Shown here in pieces: positions 28,190 through 38,717 of a stretch of 64,000 bases of DNA. Position 1 is the first letter of the stretch. Every line of letters starts with the position of its first letter. The notes beneath the pieces were generated by a model. The model did not search any database and was not told the DNA's origin. It was given only the letters and a program-made list of their open reading frames with translations. Origin of the DNA: an uncultured Candidatus Saccharibacteria bacterium (GTDB lineage: Bacteria > Patescibacteriota > Minisyncoccia > Phycocordibacterales > CAIZLB01). The position numbers and the translations under genes were made by a program. The stretch covers positions 78,613 to 142,612 of the forward strand of contig CAZSLF010000001.1 of NCBI GenBank assembly GCA_964607805.1. Direction: 5' to 3'.

Positions 28190-28872
28190 TAACGGACGAC
28201 GTTTACTAAAGATTCTTGTGATTGATTCAAAAATAATTGTGCAGGAGTTTGAGTTGTCGTATTTTCATCGTTTCCTAAATCACCCCCAGCATCTTCAGCA
28301 CCATCACTGACCTCAACAATTGGCTCTATAAATGTAGAAAAGGCAAACTCAATTCCATCTAATGTATAGTAAAAAAATACTTTACCTTGGACTTTAGCAA
28401 GTTCATTCTCACCCTGGTAGCCAACAGTAAATCCTGATAAACCACTTTTATATGTAACTCTTTTTACTTCACCTGGCACAATTTTAACCTCTTTACCAAC
28501 AAGTGAGGCCAGTGCGCTACCGATTGGTAATTCATATGAATATAATTCTATATCCTCAGCAATAGTATTTGTCTTTGGTAGACTTTCAATACCGAAAGCT
28601 ATAAATCCTCTATTCTGATCTCTTGCTGCATCTCGAGAGTTTTTAAATATTGGAGCATATCCTGAAACCAAGGCTGGATCATACATAACCCAACCTTTCG
28701 GATATTCAAAAGACGAGTTTCTGTTTATATCTATATATAGATCTTTCCCTTTTGCTTCTGTTACAGATACTTTAGTTACATTTGAAAATCCAGTATTTTT
28801 TACAAATTGAAAAACAAAAAATAAAACACTAATAACCACAATTCCAAAGATACCTATAAAGAGCGATTTCAT
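28186..28872 (-). CDS. hypothetical secreted/membrane-anchored protein
   Basis: 228 aa. N-terminal hydrophobic anchor. No recognisable motif. Confidence 0.55.
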   Translation of the reverse strand: MKSLFIGIFGIVVISVLFFVFQFVKNTGFSNVTKVSVTEAKGKDLYIDINRNSSFEYPKGWVMYDPALVSGYAPIFKNSRDAARDQNRGFIAFGIESLPKTNTIAEDIELYSYELPIGSALASLVGKEVKIVPGEVKRVTYKSGLSGFTVGYQGENELAKVQGKVFFYYTLDGIEFAFSTFIEPIVEVSDGAEDAGGDLGNDENTTTQTPAQLFLNQSQESLVNVVRY

Positions 28873-28998
28873 ATTGTAAGTATACTATAAACACTAAATC
28901 CCCTGTGTATTTCTTTTCAAATTTAAGCCAGATTCCTTGCTAAACCATACACTTTTTGTGAATTTGCAAACATATTAAAATATGCTAATATCTTATCG

Positions 28999-29229
28999 AT
29001 GGATATCACCTCAATACTCCCTATCATTCAGATCGTCCTTGCTGTACTCCTCACAGTAAGCGTACTACTCCAGCAGTCAGAAGCTGGGGCTGGTGGCGCG
29101 TTCGGCGGTGGAGACTCTGTATCTACATGGAGAACAAGACGAGGGTTTGAAAAGTTTCTATTCTTCTTCACTATTATCATAGCGATAATTTTTGTTGCCT
29201 CTGCTATTGTTGCACTAAGAATTGCTTAG
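28999..29229 (+). CDS. secG: preprotein translocase subunit SecG
   Basis: 76 aa. Two TM helices with the loop LLQQSEAGAGGAFGGG. Confidence 0.85.
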   Translation: MDITSILPIIQIVLAVLLTVSVLLQQSEAGAGGAFGGGDSVSTWRTRRGFEKFLFFFTIIIAIIFVASAIVALRIA

Positions 29230-29337
29230 CTTTTCGCTAAACCCTAAACTGTCCTTCATTCGGATCATTCAGAATATTTCCCAGAGTTATTGAAGTAATG
29301 ATTCCTCATCTATTACGAGTTACCGAAATTTTATATC

Positions 29338-31056
29338 GTGAACATTTTTTCATCTATGCGACCTAGTGAAAAACTAGCCGCCATCATAGCTTTGCTTGTG
29401 TTTATCATAAGTTTTACAAGCCTTTATATTACAGCTCAACATAAATTTGGTACTGAAGTACCAGTTAGTGGAGGCTCTATACATGAAGGCCTTATTGGAT
29501 ATGCACGATTTATTAACCCTGTATTAGCCTTTACAGATACAGATAAGGATATTACTGCTCTTGTATATTCTGGTCTTTTGAAAGCAACACCAGAAGGTAA
29601 ACTTATTCCAGACATAGCAGAATCAATAACAGTATCTGAAGACGGTCTTGTATATGATGTAAAAATTAAACAAGGTCTCGTTTTTCATGACAATACCCCT
29701 CTTACAACTGATGATATTGAATTTACAATATTAAAAGCAACTGATCCTCTTACAAAAAGCGTAAAAGCAGCAAATTGGGCTGGAGTAACAATTGAAAAAG
29801 TTAATCCCTTCGAAATCAAGTTCACACTTAAAAAGCCTTATGCACCTTTTGAAGAAAATTTAACGCTTGGTATTTTACCTAAGCATATTTGGGAAAAAAT
29901 TCCTTCAGATTCTTTTGATGTAAATGTTTTTTATAAGGACCCAATTGGATCTGGACCATATAGAATCAAATCTACAAAACAAAATATTGAAGGATTGTAT
30001 ACATATTATGAACTACAGGCTTTTGATAAATATGCGCTTGGTAAACCTTTGATTGATAAAATTGTCTTTAGTTTTTTTACAAATGAAATTGATGCTGTAA
30101 ACGCCTTTAAACGAAATGATATAGATTCTCTAGGGGGTATTTCACCAGAATATGTAGAAAATATTATAAATGAAAATGACGCTGAGCAAATTACAAAAAA
30201 TTCTCTTCCCCGTGTCTTTGGTCTATTTTTTAATCAAACCGCAGAACCCGTTTTTATAAACAAAGAGGTTCGAAAGGCTTTGAACGAAAGTATTAATCGT
30301 AAGGCGATGATTTCTGAAATATTAAAAGGTTATGGTACCGAAGCTTACTCCCCAATCCCTACAAGCTTGTCTGCGTCAAATTCACCTTCGACAACTTCTC
30401 AAATTCCATTATCAGAAAATGAATACATAGAACTTGGAAGAAAAACTCTTGAAACTGCAGGCTGGGTTATGAGTACATCTACGAATATTTATGAGAAAAA
30501 GACTAAGGAAAAGACTGAAAGATTAGCTTTTACTATTACTACTTCAAATTCACCTGAACTAAAACTTGCAGCTGAGATTTTACAAAAACAATGGACAAAA
30601 CTCGGCGCAGAGGTTAAGATCGAAGTATTCGAAAGCTCAGATCTCACGCAGAAGGTGATTCGCCCAAGAAAGTATGGATCTCTCCTCTTTGGACAAGTTT
30701 TAGGTAGAGACCTTGATTTATATCCATTTTGGCATTCATCACAACGTGTTGATCCAGGACTAAATATCGCCCTCTATGCGAATATAAAGGCGGATAAAGC
30801 ACTGGAAACAGCTCGTGGCACAAGTAATCCATCAACAAGACTAGCTGCGCGTGCAGAATTTGAGACCGAAATCGCAAACGATATTCCTGCAATATTTCTT
30901 TTTTCACCGGAATTTGTATACCTCTCAAACGAACATATTAATAATATGAGTATAGAAAGTATTACCGAACCGTCCGAAAGATTTATGAATATTCATAACT
31001 GGTACAAAGAAACAGATTATGTTTGGAAAAAGCCAGAGAATAGTGAAAACAAGTAG
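29338..31056 (+). CDS. ABC transporter substrate-binding protein, family 5 (peptide/nickel type)
   Basis: 572 aa. GTG start (alternative ATG at 29356). SBP_bac_5-like features incl. GSGPYRIKS. N-terminal anchor. Confidence 0.75.
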   Translation: MNIFSSMRPSEKLAAIIALLVFIISFTSLYITAQHKFGTEVPVSGGSIHEGLIGYARFINPVLAFTDTDKDITALVYSGLLKATPEGKLIPDIAESITVSEDGLVYDVKIKQGLVFHDNTPLTTDDIEFTILKATDPLTKSVKAANWAGVTIEKVNPFEIKFTLKKPYAPFEENLTLGILPKHIWEKIPSDSFDVNVFYKDPIGSGPYRIKSTKQNIEGLYTYYELQAFDKYALGKPLIDKIVFSFFTNEIDAVNAFKRNDIDSLGGISPEYVENIINENDAEQITKNSLPRVFGLFFNQTAEPVFINKEVRKALNESINRKAMISEILKGYGTEAYSPIPTSLSASNSPSTTSQIPLSENEYIELGRKTLETAGWVMSTSTNIYEKKTKEKTERLAFTITTSNSPELKLAAEILQKQWTKLGAEVKIEVFESSDLTQKVIRPRKYGSLLFGQVLGRDLDLYPFWHSSQRVDPGLNIALYANIKADKALETARGTSNPSTRLAARAEFETEIANDIPAIFLFSPEFVYLSNEHINNMSIESITEPSERFMNIHNWYKETDYVWKKPENSENK

Positions 31057-31129
31057 AGAGAATAAATACGAAAGCCATTCACAAATACAAAAAAAATTAT
31101 TAAAAAATTATTAAAATTAAATAAATAAA

Positions 31130-33292
31130 ATGAATTACAGAAATCCAAGTCCGTCTAGTAAACCAAATCAGAAAGCTGATGTTGTTTCAGAGTTCAAAGA
31201 ACTTGTAGACAAAGCGCTCGAAGCTGAAGGTAAAGATGCTTCTTTTGCAGATAATAGACCCCCTGCTTCAAGCGAAGACGAAAGTTTAGCTGAAAGATTT
31301 GATCATGACGATGTCTTCATCGACGATCAAGCAGATCCAACATCTGCCGAAGGAAGAGTGCTTCCACAGCAAGGTGGTCCTAGAGACCCAAGAGGTGGAC
31401 AAGGTCAAGGTCAGAGTCAGGGCGATTCTTTTGATGGCTACAATAATCAAAGAAGAGGTGGTGGGAACGGCGATGGTAGTCGTGGTGGTAATGGTGGTGG
31501 CGGAGGTGGTGGCAAAAGTTCAAAGAACCGTATGCGCCCTCGCCCACTTGGTGTTCCAAAAAAGCATAGTCTAATTGTTCAAAGTAATCCAAATATTCCA
31601 ATTCCTCCAGTAGCTCCAGGAAATATTCGTATTATTCCACTTGGAGGTGTAGAAGAAATCGGTATGAACATGACGGTTGTTGAAATTGGTGACGATATTA
31701 TCGTTATCGATGCAGGCTTTAAGTTCAAAGATAGTGATACTCCAGGAGTAGATTATATTCTTCCGAACACGAAATATCTTGAAGAAAGAAAGCATAGAAT
31801 TAAAGCTATGATTGTTACTCACGGTCACTTGGACCATATCGGCGCCCTTCCCTTTATCATGGATAGAATTGGTAATCCGCCAATTTATACAAGAAACCTT
31901 ACGTCTCTTATGCTTAAGAAGCGTCAGGCGGAGTTTCCTCATGTTACGCCGTTTAAATATATTATTATTGAAGGAAATGAAAAGCTAAAGATTGGCAATC
32001 AATCAGTTCAATTCTATGGAGTAAGTCATAGTATTCCTGATTCACTTGGTATTGCTATTGAAACTCCGTACGGATATATCACAACTCCCGGAGACTTCAA
32101 ACTTGATCACCGAGAAACAGTTGTTACTGAACAAGAATTGAATAACTATTCTATCTTTGATGGAAAAAATGTTCTTCTCTTTATTGGTGAATCTACAAAC
32201 ATTGAAAATCCCGGATTCTCTACTCCTGATCATATTGTTCATGAAAACCTTGAGGAAATTGTAAAAAATTCTACAGGCAGACTTATTCTAGGTATGTTCT
32301 CATCTCACGTAAATCGTATTGCTCATGTAATTCATGCTTGTGAAAAGATGGGTAAGAAAGTAATTATCGAAGGACGAAGTATGAAAAATAACGTGGATAT
32401 TACTATTCAAGCAGGAATTTTGAAGGTTAATAAATCTACATTCATTAACCCGACTGAAATCGATCAATATCCACCTGATAAGATTGTAATTATTGCTACA
32501 GGTGCTCAAGGTGAAGAATTCGCCTTCCTTATGCGTGTATCAAATAATCAATACAAGCACTTCAAATTAACTCCGCGAGATACTGTTGTGCTTTCATCTT
32601 CAATTGTTCCTGGAAACGAAAAAGCTGTACAGAAACTAAAAGATAGTATTGCAAGACAAGGTGCAAAAATTATGCACTACCGAAGTTCAGACGTATATAT
32701 TCACTCAACAGGTCACGGTAACCGAGGTGAAATCGAGTGGCTACACCGTAAACTTCGAGCTAAGTATTTTATTCCTGTTCACGGACACCACTACATGTTG
32801 AAGCTTCATGCGGAGCTTGCAGAACAATTAGGTATTCCTAAAGAAAATATCACTGTTCCTGACGACGGTACTATTATTGAAATTCAGGAGAACGGTACAA
32901 AGATGGTTCGTCTTTCAGTTAAGGCGCCTGACAATACTGTTATGGTTGATGGATTCACGATTGGAGATATCCAAGACGTAGTTATTCGAGACAGACAGAT
33001 TTTGGCACAGGACGGTATATATGTTGTCGTTGCTATTATCAACTCTAACACTGGCCGACTTAAAAAATCTCCAGATATTATTTCTAGAGGATCAGTATAT
33101 CTTCGTGAATCACAAGAATTATTGCGAGAAATTCGTTTCTTAGTAAAAAATACTGTAGAACAAGTAACTCACGATATGCGACCAGTAAATATTGATTATG
33201 TAAAAGATGTTGTATCAGATGTATTGGGTAGATTTATCTTCCAAGAAACTGCCAAGCGTCCGATTATCATCCCTGTAATGATTTGTGTATAA
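31130..33292 (+). CDS. rnj: ribonuclease J with about 170-aa Gly/Arg-rich N-terminal extension
   Basis: 720 aa. Metallo-beta-lactamase HGHLDHIG, beta-CASP and C-terminal domains. N-terminus contains RGGQGQGQSQGD...RRGGGNGDGSRGGNGGGGGGG. Confidence 0.9.
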   Translation: MNYRNPSPSSKPNQKADVVSEFKELVDKALEAEGKDASFADNRPPASSEDESLAERFDHDDVFIDDQADPTSAEGRVLPQQGGPRDPRGGQGQGQSQGDSFDGYNNQRRGGGNGDGSRGGNGGGGGGGKSSKNRMRPRPLGVPKKHSLIVQSNPNIPIPPVAPGNIRIIPLGGVEEIGMNMTVVEIGDDIIVIDAGFKFKDSDTPGVDYILPNTKYLEERKHRIKAMIVTHGHLDHIGALPFIMDRIGNPPIYTRNLTSLMLKKRQAEFPHVTPFKYIIIEGNEKLKIGNQSVQFYGVSHSIPDSLGIAIETPYGYITTPGDFKLDHRETVVTEQELNNYSIFDGKNVLLFIGESTNIENPGFSTPDHIVHENLEEIVKNSTGRLILGMFSSHVNRIAHVIHACEKMGKKVIIEGRSMKNNVDITIQAGILKVNKSTFINPTEIDQYPPDKIVIIATGAQGEEFAFLMRVSNNQYKHFKLTPRDTVVLSSSIVPGNEKAVQKLKDSIARQGAKIMHYRSSDVYIHSTGHGNRGEIEWLHRKLRAKYFIPVHGHHYMLKLHAELAEQLGIPKENITVPDDGTIIEIQENGTKMVRLSVKAPDNTVMVDGFTIGDIQDVVIRDRQILAQDGIYVVVAIINSNTGRLKKSPDIISRGSVYLRESQELLREIRFLVKNTVEQVTHDMRPVNIDYVKDVVSDVLGRFIFQETAKRPIIIPVMICV

Positions 33293-33300
33293 TAATCTGA

Positions 33301-34524
33301 ATGGATAGATTATTTTCAAAGAACTCTAAACTGAATTCAGTTTTGATGATTTTTGTTTCCGTACTTTTACTGTCTTTTCACTTTTATTTTATATATTTCG
33401 TAAACTCGACATATATATCTGCTTTTGTAGGTGAGAAATTAGTAAGTATTGTTTATGGTGTAGGTGCTTTATTGAGTATTATTTTATTTATTCAGGCGCC
33501 TAGATTACTTAGAAAATTTGGTGTTGTGCAGCTAACTATTGGTTTGGCACTTATTGAGGCCTTATCTGTAATACTTTTGGCTTTCCCTCTTCACCCTGCT
33601 ATTGCAGTAGCTTCTTTTCTACTGCATATGCTCGTAGCTTCTGTTTTGCTCTATTGTATAGACATGCTTTTAGAGGCTTATAGTAAGGCAAATGAAGCCG
33701 GTTCTATACGAGGAACCTTCCTTACTGTATGGAATATTCCCCCTATTATCACTCCTTTTATTGCAGGTATGATAATTGCAGACAGAGACTTAAATCTTTC
33801 TAATTTGGGTAGCGGTGCAATCAACGCTCTTCATATTGCAGGTTTTTGGAAAATTTATTTAATATCGGCGTTATTTTTAATTCCGTTTATAGTTATTATT
33901 AAATCTAATTTTTCTAAATTCAAAGACCCTGATTACCCTATCGTATCAATAAGACCAGCACTTGCTTCTTTCTATAAAAATCATAATATCTTTGATATTT
34001 TTGCAGATCGATTATTGCTTAATTTATATTTTGCATGGACTGTAGTTTATCTTCCGATTTATTTGCATGAATATGTAGGCTTTTCTTGGAATGAAATAGG
34101 AATCCTTTTCAGTGTCATGCTATTGCCGTATATATTCTTTGAACGCGCAATTGGAAAGATTCAAGATAAATTGCACGATGAAAAACATTTGCTTATTTGG
34201 GGATTCTTTTTGCTTGCGCTTGGATCAATAATTCAACCATTCTTGAATACACCTCACCTTTTTGCTTGGATTATACTTTTGTTTATGTCTCATGTCGGAG
34301 CAGCGTTTATTGAAGTATCAACAGAAAGCTATTTCTTCCGTCATGTGAAGCCAACAAATTCTACTTTTATCAGTTTGTTTAGAATGACCCGAACTCTACC
34401 CTACTTAATCCTTCCTGTAATTGCCAGTATCTCTCTGTACTTCCTACCTTTTGGACATATGTTTTTCATCCTTGGATTGATTATGTTTGTAGGAATGAGA
34501 TATGCTTTCTTGATCAAAAACTAG
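33301..34524 (+). CDS. MFS transporter
   Basis: 407 aa. About 12 hydrophobic helices with a central loop. Confidence 0.7.
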   Translation: MDRLFSKNSKLNSVLMIFVSVLLLSFHFYFIYFVNSTYISAFVGEKLVSIVYGVGALLSIILFIQAPRLLRKFGVVQLTIGLALIEALSVILLAFPLHPAIAVASFLLHMLVASVLLYCIDMLLEAYSKANEAGSIRGTFLTVWNIPPIITPFIAGMIIADRDLNLSNLGSGAINALHIAGFWKIYLISALFLIPFIVIIKSNFSKFKDPDYPIVSIRPALASFYKNHNIFDIFADRLLLNLYFAWTVVYLPIYLHEYVGFSWNEIGILFSVMLLPYIFFERAIGKIQDKLHDEKHLLIWGFFLLALGSIIQPFLNTPHLFAWIILLFMSHVGAAFIEVSTESYFFRHVKPTNSTFISLFRMTRTLPYLILPVIASISLYFLPFGHMFFILGLIMFVGMRYAFLIKN

Positions 34525-34552
34525 TATCTAGTCTGAAGTTAGATGCGGAATT

Positions 34553-35605
34553 TTACTTAAGTCCGGCACATGTATTGAAAGTTCTAACTTGAGCATTGTA
34601 AGTTGTGATTTCATCTTTCAATCCTTCGAGTCGGTTATTGTAACTCACAACAAGATTGTTATATTTATTTATTCTTGATTCCTGATCAGGACCCCTATCC
34701 ACCGATCCTTCAATTTCCTTTTTTAGAGCAGTCAGCTCGAGCTCAAGAACAGCAAGCTCATTTGTATGTATAGCTATCTTATCTTTGAGAATGTCGTTTG
34801 GTCCCTCACATGAAGAAAGTGGTTTACCGAAGTGTTGGACGGCTATCCATTGCTCACGGCCATTGTACATACCTTTACCCACTGCAATTCCGATTTCTTG
34901 ATACCTTGAATCTAAAATATTGGCACGATGACCTGGTGAATTCATCCATGCTGTTACAACCTGAATATCTCCGCCGAAATTTCCTAGCGCCAAATTTTCT
35001 CCAACTACGATATATTCATATCCGGCTTTTCTAACTAAATCTGATACACCTACTCCTCCAGGAGATACATGCTGGAAATATTGATTAGTGAACATGTCTA
35101 GCAACTTTAGTTCTGCAGCTTTATTTAATTTTGTATTTAATTTAAGAGCGGGAAATTGTTTCAAAACGCGTTCTTTGTTCGTTGCTACCAAAACTCCGTT
35201 TATTGAAAGGTTCGATGAATCTGCTTCGAGAGTATTTCTCGAAACAATTACACCTTTTGCCCCACCGTTATTTTCAGTTCCTTGTTGGTTATTTGTCGAT
35301 CCTGTATTTGTTGTGCCTGAACCTGTTGAATTGTTATCACCGTTATTTGGGTTGTTTACGTCAGGATTATTGTTTGGCAATGGCTCAATCTTATTCCCTT
35401 CGCCGTCATATATTTCTTGATACTTTGAATCCTTGGCCGAACCAGTTTCAGAATCACCTTTTACATATGCAATAACAGGATTTATATAATGAAATTTAAG
35501 AAGAGCAAAATTCGAGCCTATATTACGTAAAGGTTCCCGTAATACATAAAGACCCATGAAAAAAACGAGTATTAAAATTAAAGGGCGTACTAAAGCCTTG
35601 TTCAT
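34553..35605 (-). CDS. CAP/SCP (YkwD-like) domain protein with C-terminal coiled coil
   Basis: 350 aa. GENLALGNFGG...WMNSPGHRANILDSRYQEIGIAV. Confidence 0.8.
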   Translation of the reverse strand: MNKALVRPLILILVFFMGLYVLREPLRNIGSNFALLKFHYINPVIAYVKGDSETGSAKDSKYQEIYDGEGNKIEPLPNNNPDVNNPNNGDNNSTGSGTTNTGSTNNQQGTENNGGAKGVIVSRNTLEADSSNLSINGVLVATNKERVLKQFPALKLNTKLNKAAELKLLDMFTNQYFQHVSPGGVGVSDLVRKAGYEYIVVGENLALGNFGGDIQVVTAWMNSPGHRANILDSRYQEIGIAVGKGMYNGREQWIAVQHFGKPLSSCEGPNDILKDKIAIHTNELAVLELELTALKKEIEGSVDRGPDQESRINKYNNLVVSYNNRLEGLKDEITTYNAQVRTFNTCAGLK

Positions 35606-35651
35606 ATGAGAATTGTATCAAGAATTAGGAATTCCTGCTTAGACACAAAAC

Positions 35652-36455
35652 TTAACCTAAAACCGCTTCAATTGCGATAAACATAGGAATTTCTTTGCGA
35701 GCATTGTCTTCGGCGGCTTTACGAGGCCCGGCTTCAGTTTTCTTGTGAGAACACCATTCTTCTAATCTTGAAATCATAAAGCCATTCTTCGATAAAAACT
35801 TCACAAATAACTGCAAAGGTCGATGAAAAGATGTCGTATAAATTTTTTGTCTTGGGTTCTTGATCCCTGGATTCATATCAATCTTGATACTAGTTTCTTG
35901 CATATATTTTGATACGAGACGAGATTGAATTCCTTTTTTAGAATCGAAATACCAATCAGAGTTTTGAGGCACTCGGAAGCTCGGATGATTAAGTACAAAT
36001 ATAAATCTTCCACCCTTTTTAAGGACTCGAGAAACCTCTTTGAAAGTAAGATCTAGCTCCTTTATATTTTGAAGGGCCAATATACAAATAGCTATATCTT
36101 GTGAATTATCAGGTACTTTTGGCATGTCATGAGACGGTGCAATATGGAAGGCTGGCTGTGGCACTTCTTTGCCTGATTTTATGGCCTTTTCAGCCTCTAC
36201 GCGCCTGTTTGCGACCTGAATTAGCTCACCTGCTATATCCGCCGCAGTCACACTAAAACCCTGCTTATTTGCCAAAAATGAGAAATATCCCTGCCCGCAG
36301 GCAATATCTAGCAAACTAGGTGATCCAGAAGTAGCAGAGCCTAAAAGACGCTCCAAATTAGGCCAGATTACCTTGGCTTGATAGTTATCTTCTGCATCCA
36401 AATACGTGTCATACCAATTAGCTACTTTCCCCCAAGATGTATCTTTATTATTCAT
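35652..36455 (-). CDS. class I SAM-dependent methyltransferase
   Basis: 267 aa. LLDIACGQGYFS (motif I); DIAICILALQNI. Confidence 0.8.
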   Translation of the reverse strand: MNNKDTSWGKVANWYDTYLDAEDNYQAKVIWPNLERLLGSATSGSPSLLDIACGQGYFSFLANKQGFSVTAADIAGELIQVANRRVEAEKAIKSGKEVPQPAFHIAPSHDMPKVPDNSQDIAICILALQNIKELDLTFKEVSRVLKKGGRFIFVLNHPSFRVPQNSDWYFDSKKGIQSRLVSKYMQETSIKIDMNPGIKNPRQKIYTTSFHRPLQLFVKFLSKNGFMISRLEEWCSHKKTEAGPRKAAEDNARKEIPMFIAIEAVLG

Positions 36456-36483
36456 ATATATCTAGATAGTACATTATTACAAA

Positions 36484-36514
36484 ACAAAAAACACCCCTAA
36501 AGGGTGTTTTTTGT
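36484..36514. terminator. intrinsic terminator hairpin
   Basis: acaaaaaacaccc / ctaaa / gggtgttttttgt. Confidence 0.7.
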
Positions 36515-36542
36515 AAACTTACAATTTAAGCTTAATCTTTTA

Positions 36543-36992
36543 TTACTTCTTTGAAACTTTCTTTGGAGCTGGTCCTTTGTCTTTGATTCCAGCGTCTACA
36601 ACTTTCTTTACTACACTAGAAACTTTTTTTGATCCAGCAGACAAATCCTTCTGAATTGATTTCCAGTGAGACTTTAATTCCTTAGAAATTTGGATAAGTT
36701 CAGAACCGTCGATATTTGAAACTTTCTGGTATCGAGAAAGCACAGCGTCAATTACTTGATTGTATGCAGTTTCATTTACCTCTTTCAATTTTTCAATCTT
36801 TTCTAGAACTTCGCCCTTTGCTTTCAAAGCCCATCCTTTTACTTTTTTAACTTTTTTCTGAGCATCTTTATTGTTGTAGAGGAAATATCCTCCAACTGCA
36901 GCTGCTGCTGCAAGACCACCAATAATAGTTGCTGCGCCTACATGAGAAGCTTTTTTAGGAGCTGGTTTTGAGGCTGATGTTTTTTTAGCCAT
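36543..36992 (-). CDS. hypothetical membrane-anchored Lys-rich protein
   Basis: 149 aa. One TM (IIGGLAAAAAVGGYFLY), helical C-terminus. Confidence 0.55.
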   Translation of the reverse strand: MAKKTSASKPAPKKASHVGAATIIGGLAAAAAVGGYFLYNNKDAQKKVKKVKGWALKAKGEVLEKIEKLKEVNETAYNQVIDAVLSRYQKVSNIDGSELIQISKELKSHWKSIQKDLSAGSKKVSSVVKKVVDAGIKDKGPAPKKVSKK

Positions 36993-37092
36993 AATATTTT
37001 GAATATAAACTGATAACTGTATTGCTTATAACCTACCCCGATTAATATTCTTGGTTAGTAGGACCGGTTATTGCCGATAGATATATTATACC

Positions 37093-37512
37093 CTATCCCT
37101 CATCTTCCGTCTCAGATGAATCATTGTCGAATTCAGCATCTCTAGATTTTGATTTTTTATCGTTTTTATCGTTTTTCGATGCGCGAGAACTTTTTGATTT
37201 TGTACTTCTTGAAGAATTATCTGATCGCGATTTACTCTTACCTAAGAAGCCAGTTAAGAATCCGACTACTGTGCCGATTGTGCTTCCGAATCTCATTCCT
37301 CCACTTCTTACTTTTTCTCTTATATCTGCAATATCGCCTGAAATATTATCGCTTTCTTCTCTAATTTTTTCAGTAATATAATCGATTCTTCTAGATACTC
37401 TAAGGCCATAAAATACGACGAGGGCTAGAATTATGAGTAGAATAAGAACAAGTACGACGAGGGCGATTGAAGCAATGAAAAAGAAAATATCAGCTTTGAC
37501 GAGTGTTTCCAT
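37093..37512 (-). CDS. hypothetical membrane protein (DUF948-like) with Ser/Lys-rich tail
   Basis: 139 aa. N-terminal TM. Extended -10 (TGaTATACT) 6 nt upstream of the ATG. Confidence 0.55.
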   Translation of the reverse strand: METLVKADIFFFIASIALVVLVLILLIILALVVFYGLRVSRRIDYITEKIREESDNISGDIADIREKVRSGGMRFGSTIGTVVGFLTGFLGKSKSRSDNSSRSTKSKSSRASKNDKNDKKSKSRDAEFDNDSSETEDEG

Positions 37513-37555
37513 ATATTTAGTATATCACTTCAATTTAGATCTGCTAATGCAATTA

Positions 37556-38416
37556 TTAATGATGTCCTAAAATTTTAGCGAAAATTGATCCATGACTTCC
37601 CGGAAGAGCTCCATGTTTATTCGGTGCAGGGTGTCCCTTTTTAGTGAGAAGCACTATGAATAGTATGAGTAGAGCTAGATCCATTGCCATAAATACATAT
37701 CCAATTAAGCCTGTTGGAGGAGTGATAAAAATAAGTAAATAAAACCATGCGATAAATCCCGGCAACTCTAAATTATGCAGACGGCGTGTAATTAGCGAAG
37801 CCATGATTATTGTAATTGGCGCAAATATAAATGGCATAAAAATATACCAAACACCTTTTGAGTCCCACTCAACAAAATCTGCAATATCCTTCCAAACTGC
37901 AGGAGACATAATTTGCAAAAGATATACAACCGCTGTGAAGAAAAGAAAACCTAAACCAAAGAAGAATAGAAAACCAATAATAAATTCTTTCCGGCGTAGT
38001 CGTCCTTTGAAAAGTCCTCGATGACGAATTTCCTCAGAAATGACTTCTTCTACTTGAAGTTCAATTGGCTCGATAGGTTTGTTTAATGTCTGATACACCT
38101 TGCTAGCGTGACCGTTTGGATCTTTAATATAAATTTCAGGTGAACCGTATAAATCAGTTTCAGTATTTTGTGCCAGATTATTATTATGTTTCTTTTTCAA
38201 AGGAGGCAAGAAATCATTATTATCAATTTCTCTTTGATAATGGTTTGCTCTATTTGCACTGGATGATCGGGGGTGCACCCTCAAAAGCGCACGTTCAATT
38301 TGGTTTTTAGAAATACCTGCACGATAAAGCATCTCTCTAGTCTCATCTAAAGTGCTTCCAGAATCCAATTTTTGATTAATGAGCTTAATTAAACCTTTAT
38401 CATTCTCATGATCCAT
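37556..38416 (-). CDS. DUF805 domain membrane protein
   Basis: 286 aa. GRLRRKEFIIGFLFFF pattern and following TM helices. Confidence 0.65.
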   Translation of the reverse strand: MDHENDKGLIKLINQKLDSGSTLDETREMLYRAGISKNQIERALLRVHPRSSSANRANHYQREIDNNDFLPPLKKKHNNNLAQNTETDLYGSPEIYIKDPNGHASKVYQTLNKPIEPIELQVEEVISEEIRHRGLFKGRLRRKEFIIGFLFFFGLGFLFFTAVVYLLQIMSPAVWKDIADFVEWDSKGVWYIFMPFIFAPITIIMASLITRRLHNLELPGFIAWFYLLIFITPPTGLIGYVFMAMDLALLILFIVLLTKKGHPAPNKHGALPGSHGSIFAKILGHH

Positions 38417-38621
38417 ATACCGATAAGTATACAGCAGAGATGTTTGCTAAGGTAGGGAAAAATATGTAGACTTTATTTAAGTTCTTTCTAACAGCGTGAG
38501 AATACGCTTGCCCGAATACGTACCCTACTGCTCGCATCAACAAACCGCACAGTATGTGCACAGCCAAACCGAAACCATGACAGCATTACTGAGAGATGAA
38601 AATTTTTGGAGGTTTATCTTC

Positions 38622-38705
38622 ATGATTGGAATGACAGTGCTAATTCTACGGCGACATCCAAAAACGGAGCTGACCAATATCGGCTATCGATACGGTGGAC
38701 AATAA
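38622..38705 (+). CDS. candidate 27-aa small ORF in G+C-rich islet F
   Basis: GGAGG (38608-38612) lies 9 nt before the ATG. Peptide MIGMTVLILRRHPKTELTNIGYRYGGQ. A strong plus-strand terminator follows. The track ORF starts earlier (38496, GTG). Confidence 0.3.
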   Translation: MIGMTVLILRRHPKTELTNIGYRYGGQ

Positions 38706-38717
38706 TCCACTGCCAAT

